A model generated the notes under the pieces. That model saw nothing but the letters and a program-made list of their open reading frames with translations. It was not told the origin of the DNA and did not search any database. From a virus (taxonomy: Duplodnaviria > Heunggongvirae > Uroviricota > Caudoviricetes): 12,065 nucleotides of DNA. The DNA is taken from the IMG/VR virus record IMGVR_UViG_2579778856_000001; one strand, written 5' to 3'. The first letter of the stretch is position 1; each line of letters starts with the position of its first letter. A program made the translations under genes and the position numbers. Below, one piece after another: positions 11,303 through 12,065 of the stretch.

Positions 11303-11726
11303 GTTTGACTCCCGCAGCTCTGCGCTGCCACTTCTTCAGTTTCTCAATAACACTGCTTGCCTGTTCAGTACTGAGCCAGCGCAGGGCGCTGATGCCCGTT
11401 TCCCGCTTGATCCACCGCGCTAATGCATTTTCTGAACGGTCACGAACAATGCCGGCAGCAGCCATTTCAAGCCATAGCGCACGGATTTTCCTGGACTGCG
11501 GATGGTTATCCAGCGGTAAACCGGAGCTGGCTTTTCCGGCAGGCTTAACGCGAAAGCCTTTCCTTTTCATGGATTCCAGCACGCAGTTTAGTTGTGTGGT
11601 ATCCATTCCTTTGGTTGAGGCTTTACCGGTCAGCCCCTGTAACATCTGGCGGTAGGTGTCTTCATCCATACCCAGTTCATTACGGGCAATATGAATGAGC
11701 TGGATAAGACGTTGTTTAGTCATCAT
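11274..11726 (-). CDS. gemA: GemA-like regulatory protein (Mu gp16, DUF1018)
   Basis: Track ORF 11274-11765. ATG 11726 has AAGGAG 5 nt upstream (MMTKQRLIQLIHIARNELGMDEDTYRQML...). IHIAxxxLGxDxDTYRxxL...RKIRALW...ALxRWIKRETGISALRWL is the DUF1018/GemA pattern. It overlaps the mor start by 29 nt. Confidence 0.8.
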   Translation of the reverse strand: MMTKQRLIQLIHIARNELGMDEDTYRQMLQGLTGKASTKGMDTTQLNCVLESMKRKGFRVKPAGKASSGLPLDNHPQSRKIRALWLEMAAAGIVRDRSENALARWIKRETGISALRWLSTEQASSVIEKLKKWQRRAAGVKHERPESVSK

Positions 11727-11931
11727 CGTTGCTCCTTTTACCTGCGCCACCGATATAATCGACATATAAAGGAAGCGCCACAGGCCAGCACAGGAACATC
11801 ACCGACCAGCTAATCCAGTAGCCAGCACCACTGTAACGTGAATAAAACCCTGAACGGCGGTGCAGTTCAGCAGTACACCAACCGACAAAACAATACCAGA
11901 ACAGGGCACATACAACAGATTCAGCCGTCAT
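11716..11931 (-). CDS. Small 71-aa two-TM membrane protein of the Mu-like early region
   Basis: Track ORF 11716-12045 (GTG start). The internal ATG 11931 is preferred because a better-looking upstream gene in another frame ends at 11921. MTAESVVCALFWYCFVGWCTAEL...YWISWSVMFLCWPVALPLYV gives two hydrophobic helices. Its stop overlaps the gemA start (ATGATGACTAA). Confidence 0.5.
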   Translation of the reverse strand: MTAESVVCALFWYCFVGWCTAELHRRSGFYSRYSGAGYWISWSVMFLCWPVALPLYVDYIGGAGKRSNDDD

Positions 11932-12064
11932 TCTGAATATCCCCCCAACTGATATGAATATTACGGGCAGCAATGACAGGGTCGTTATTCCACCATGCAC
12001 CTGACATGTATTTTTCAACCTGTTCGCGTCCGGCAATAACACCAATTGTGATCCCCGGCCTGAC
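11921..12064 (-). CDS. C-terminal 47 codons of an unidentified Mu-like early-region protein (5' part beyond the right edge)
   Basis: Not in the track. The minus frame from 12064 reads VRPGITIGVIAGREQVEKYMSGAWWNNDPVIAARNIHISWGDIQNDG then TGA (11921-11923). This overlaps the ATG of the next gene by 11 nt, a typical phage operon overlap. Globular-looking composition. Confidence 0.45.
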   Translation of the reverse strand, partial: VRPGITIGVIAGREQVEKYMSGAWWNNDPVIAARNIHISWGDIQNDG

Positions 12065-12065
12065 G

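Larger units (their letters stand above)
9796..12065 (-). mobile_element. Mu-like transposable prophage segment: early-region genes, mor, a cargo cassette and a putative right end
   Basis: gemA and mor homologs sit in Mu order on the minus strand. A TG-initiated junction with repeated sub-terminal sites lies at 9796-9915, abutting a truncated host gene. Confidence 0.6.

Noticed and set aside
11051-11655. Plus-strand ORFs 11051-11308 and 11245-11655
   Set aside because: They are antisense shadows of the confidently assigned mor and gemA genes.
11932-12045. N-terminal extension of the small membrane ORF (GVLLPDANRL... frame, open to the window edge)
   Set aside because: Another minus frame gives a more protein-like sequence ending at 11921 with a typical stop/start overlap, so the short form starting at ATG 11931 is preferred.

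Overview
Enterobacterial-looking accessory mosaic around one core-type membrane-protein gene. No rRNA, tRNA or CRISPR array was seen. Left to right: (i) The end of an IS66-family element (tnpA N-terminus, 1-156, minus) appears to have cut off the 5' part of a gene upstream of a RadC-like JAB gene (397-849). (ii) An integrative-island module follows, with an XerC/D-like tyrosine recombinase (896-1825) and a convergent 204-aa unknown (1812-2426, minus). It continues with a rightward AlpA-led string: alpA (2649-2846), a 155-aa HTH/Cys protein, a 284-aa Cys4-motif protein, a 576-bp ORF-poor region with iteron-like repeats and hairpins (4258-4833), and a 465-aa protein carrying the ordered motif set of family-A DNA polymerases (4834-6231). 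(iii) Next is a frameshifted, 3'-truncated IS30-family transposase remnant with its left inverted repeat (6356 to about 7045). (iv) An 856-aa polytopic DUF2339-type membrane protein gene (7228-9798) follows, and its 3' end appears to be replaced by foreign DNA. (v) That DNA looks like the TG-terminated end of a Mu-like transposable prophage. Its early genes (gemA, mor) run leftward from the right edge, and a terminator-insulated 3-TM protein gene plus a small convergent ORF sit between mor and the end. The most interesting items are the compact PolA-like polymerase with its long non-coding leader, and the cargo cassette at the Mu-like end. All family calls come from reading motifs by eye and from memory; no searches were run.
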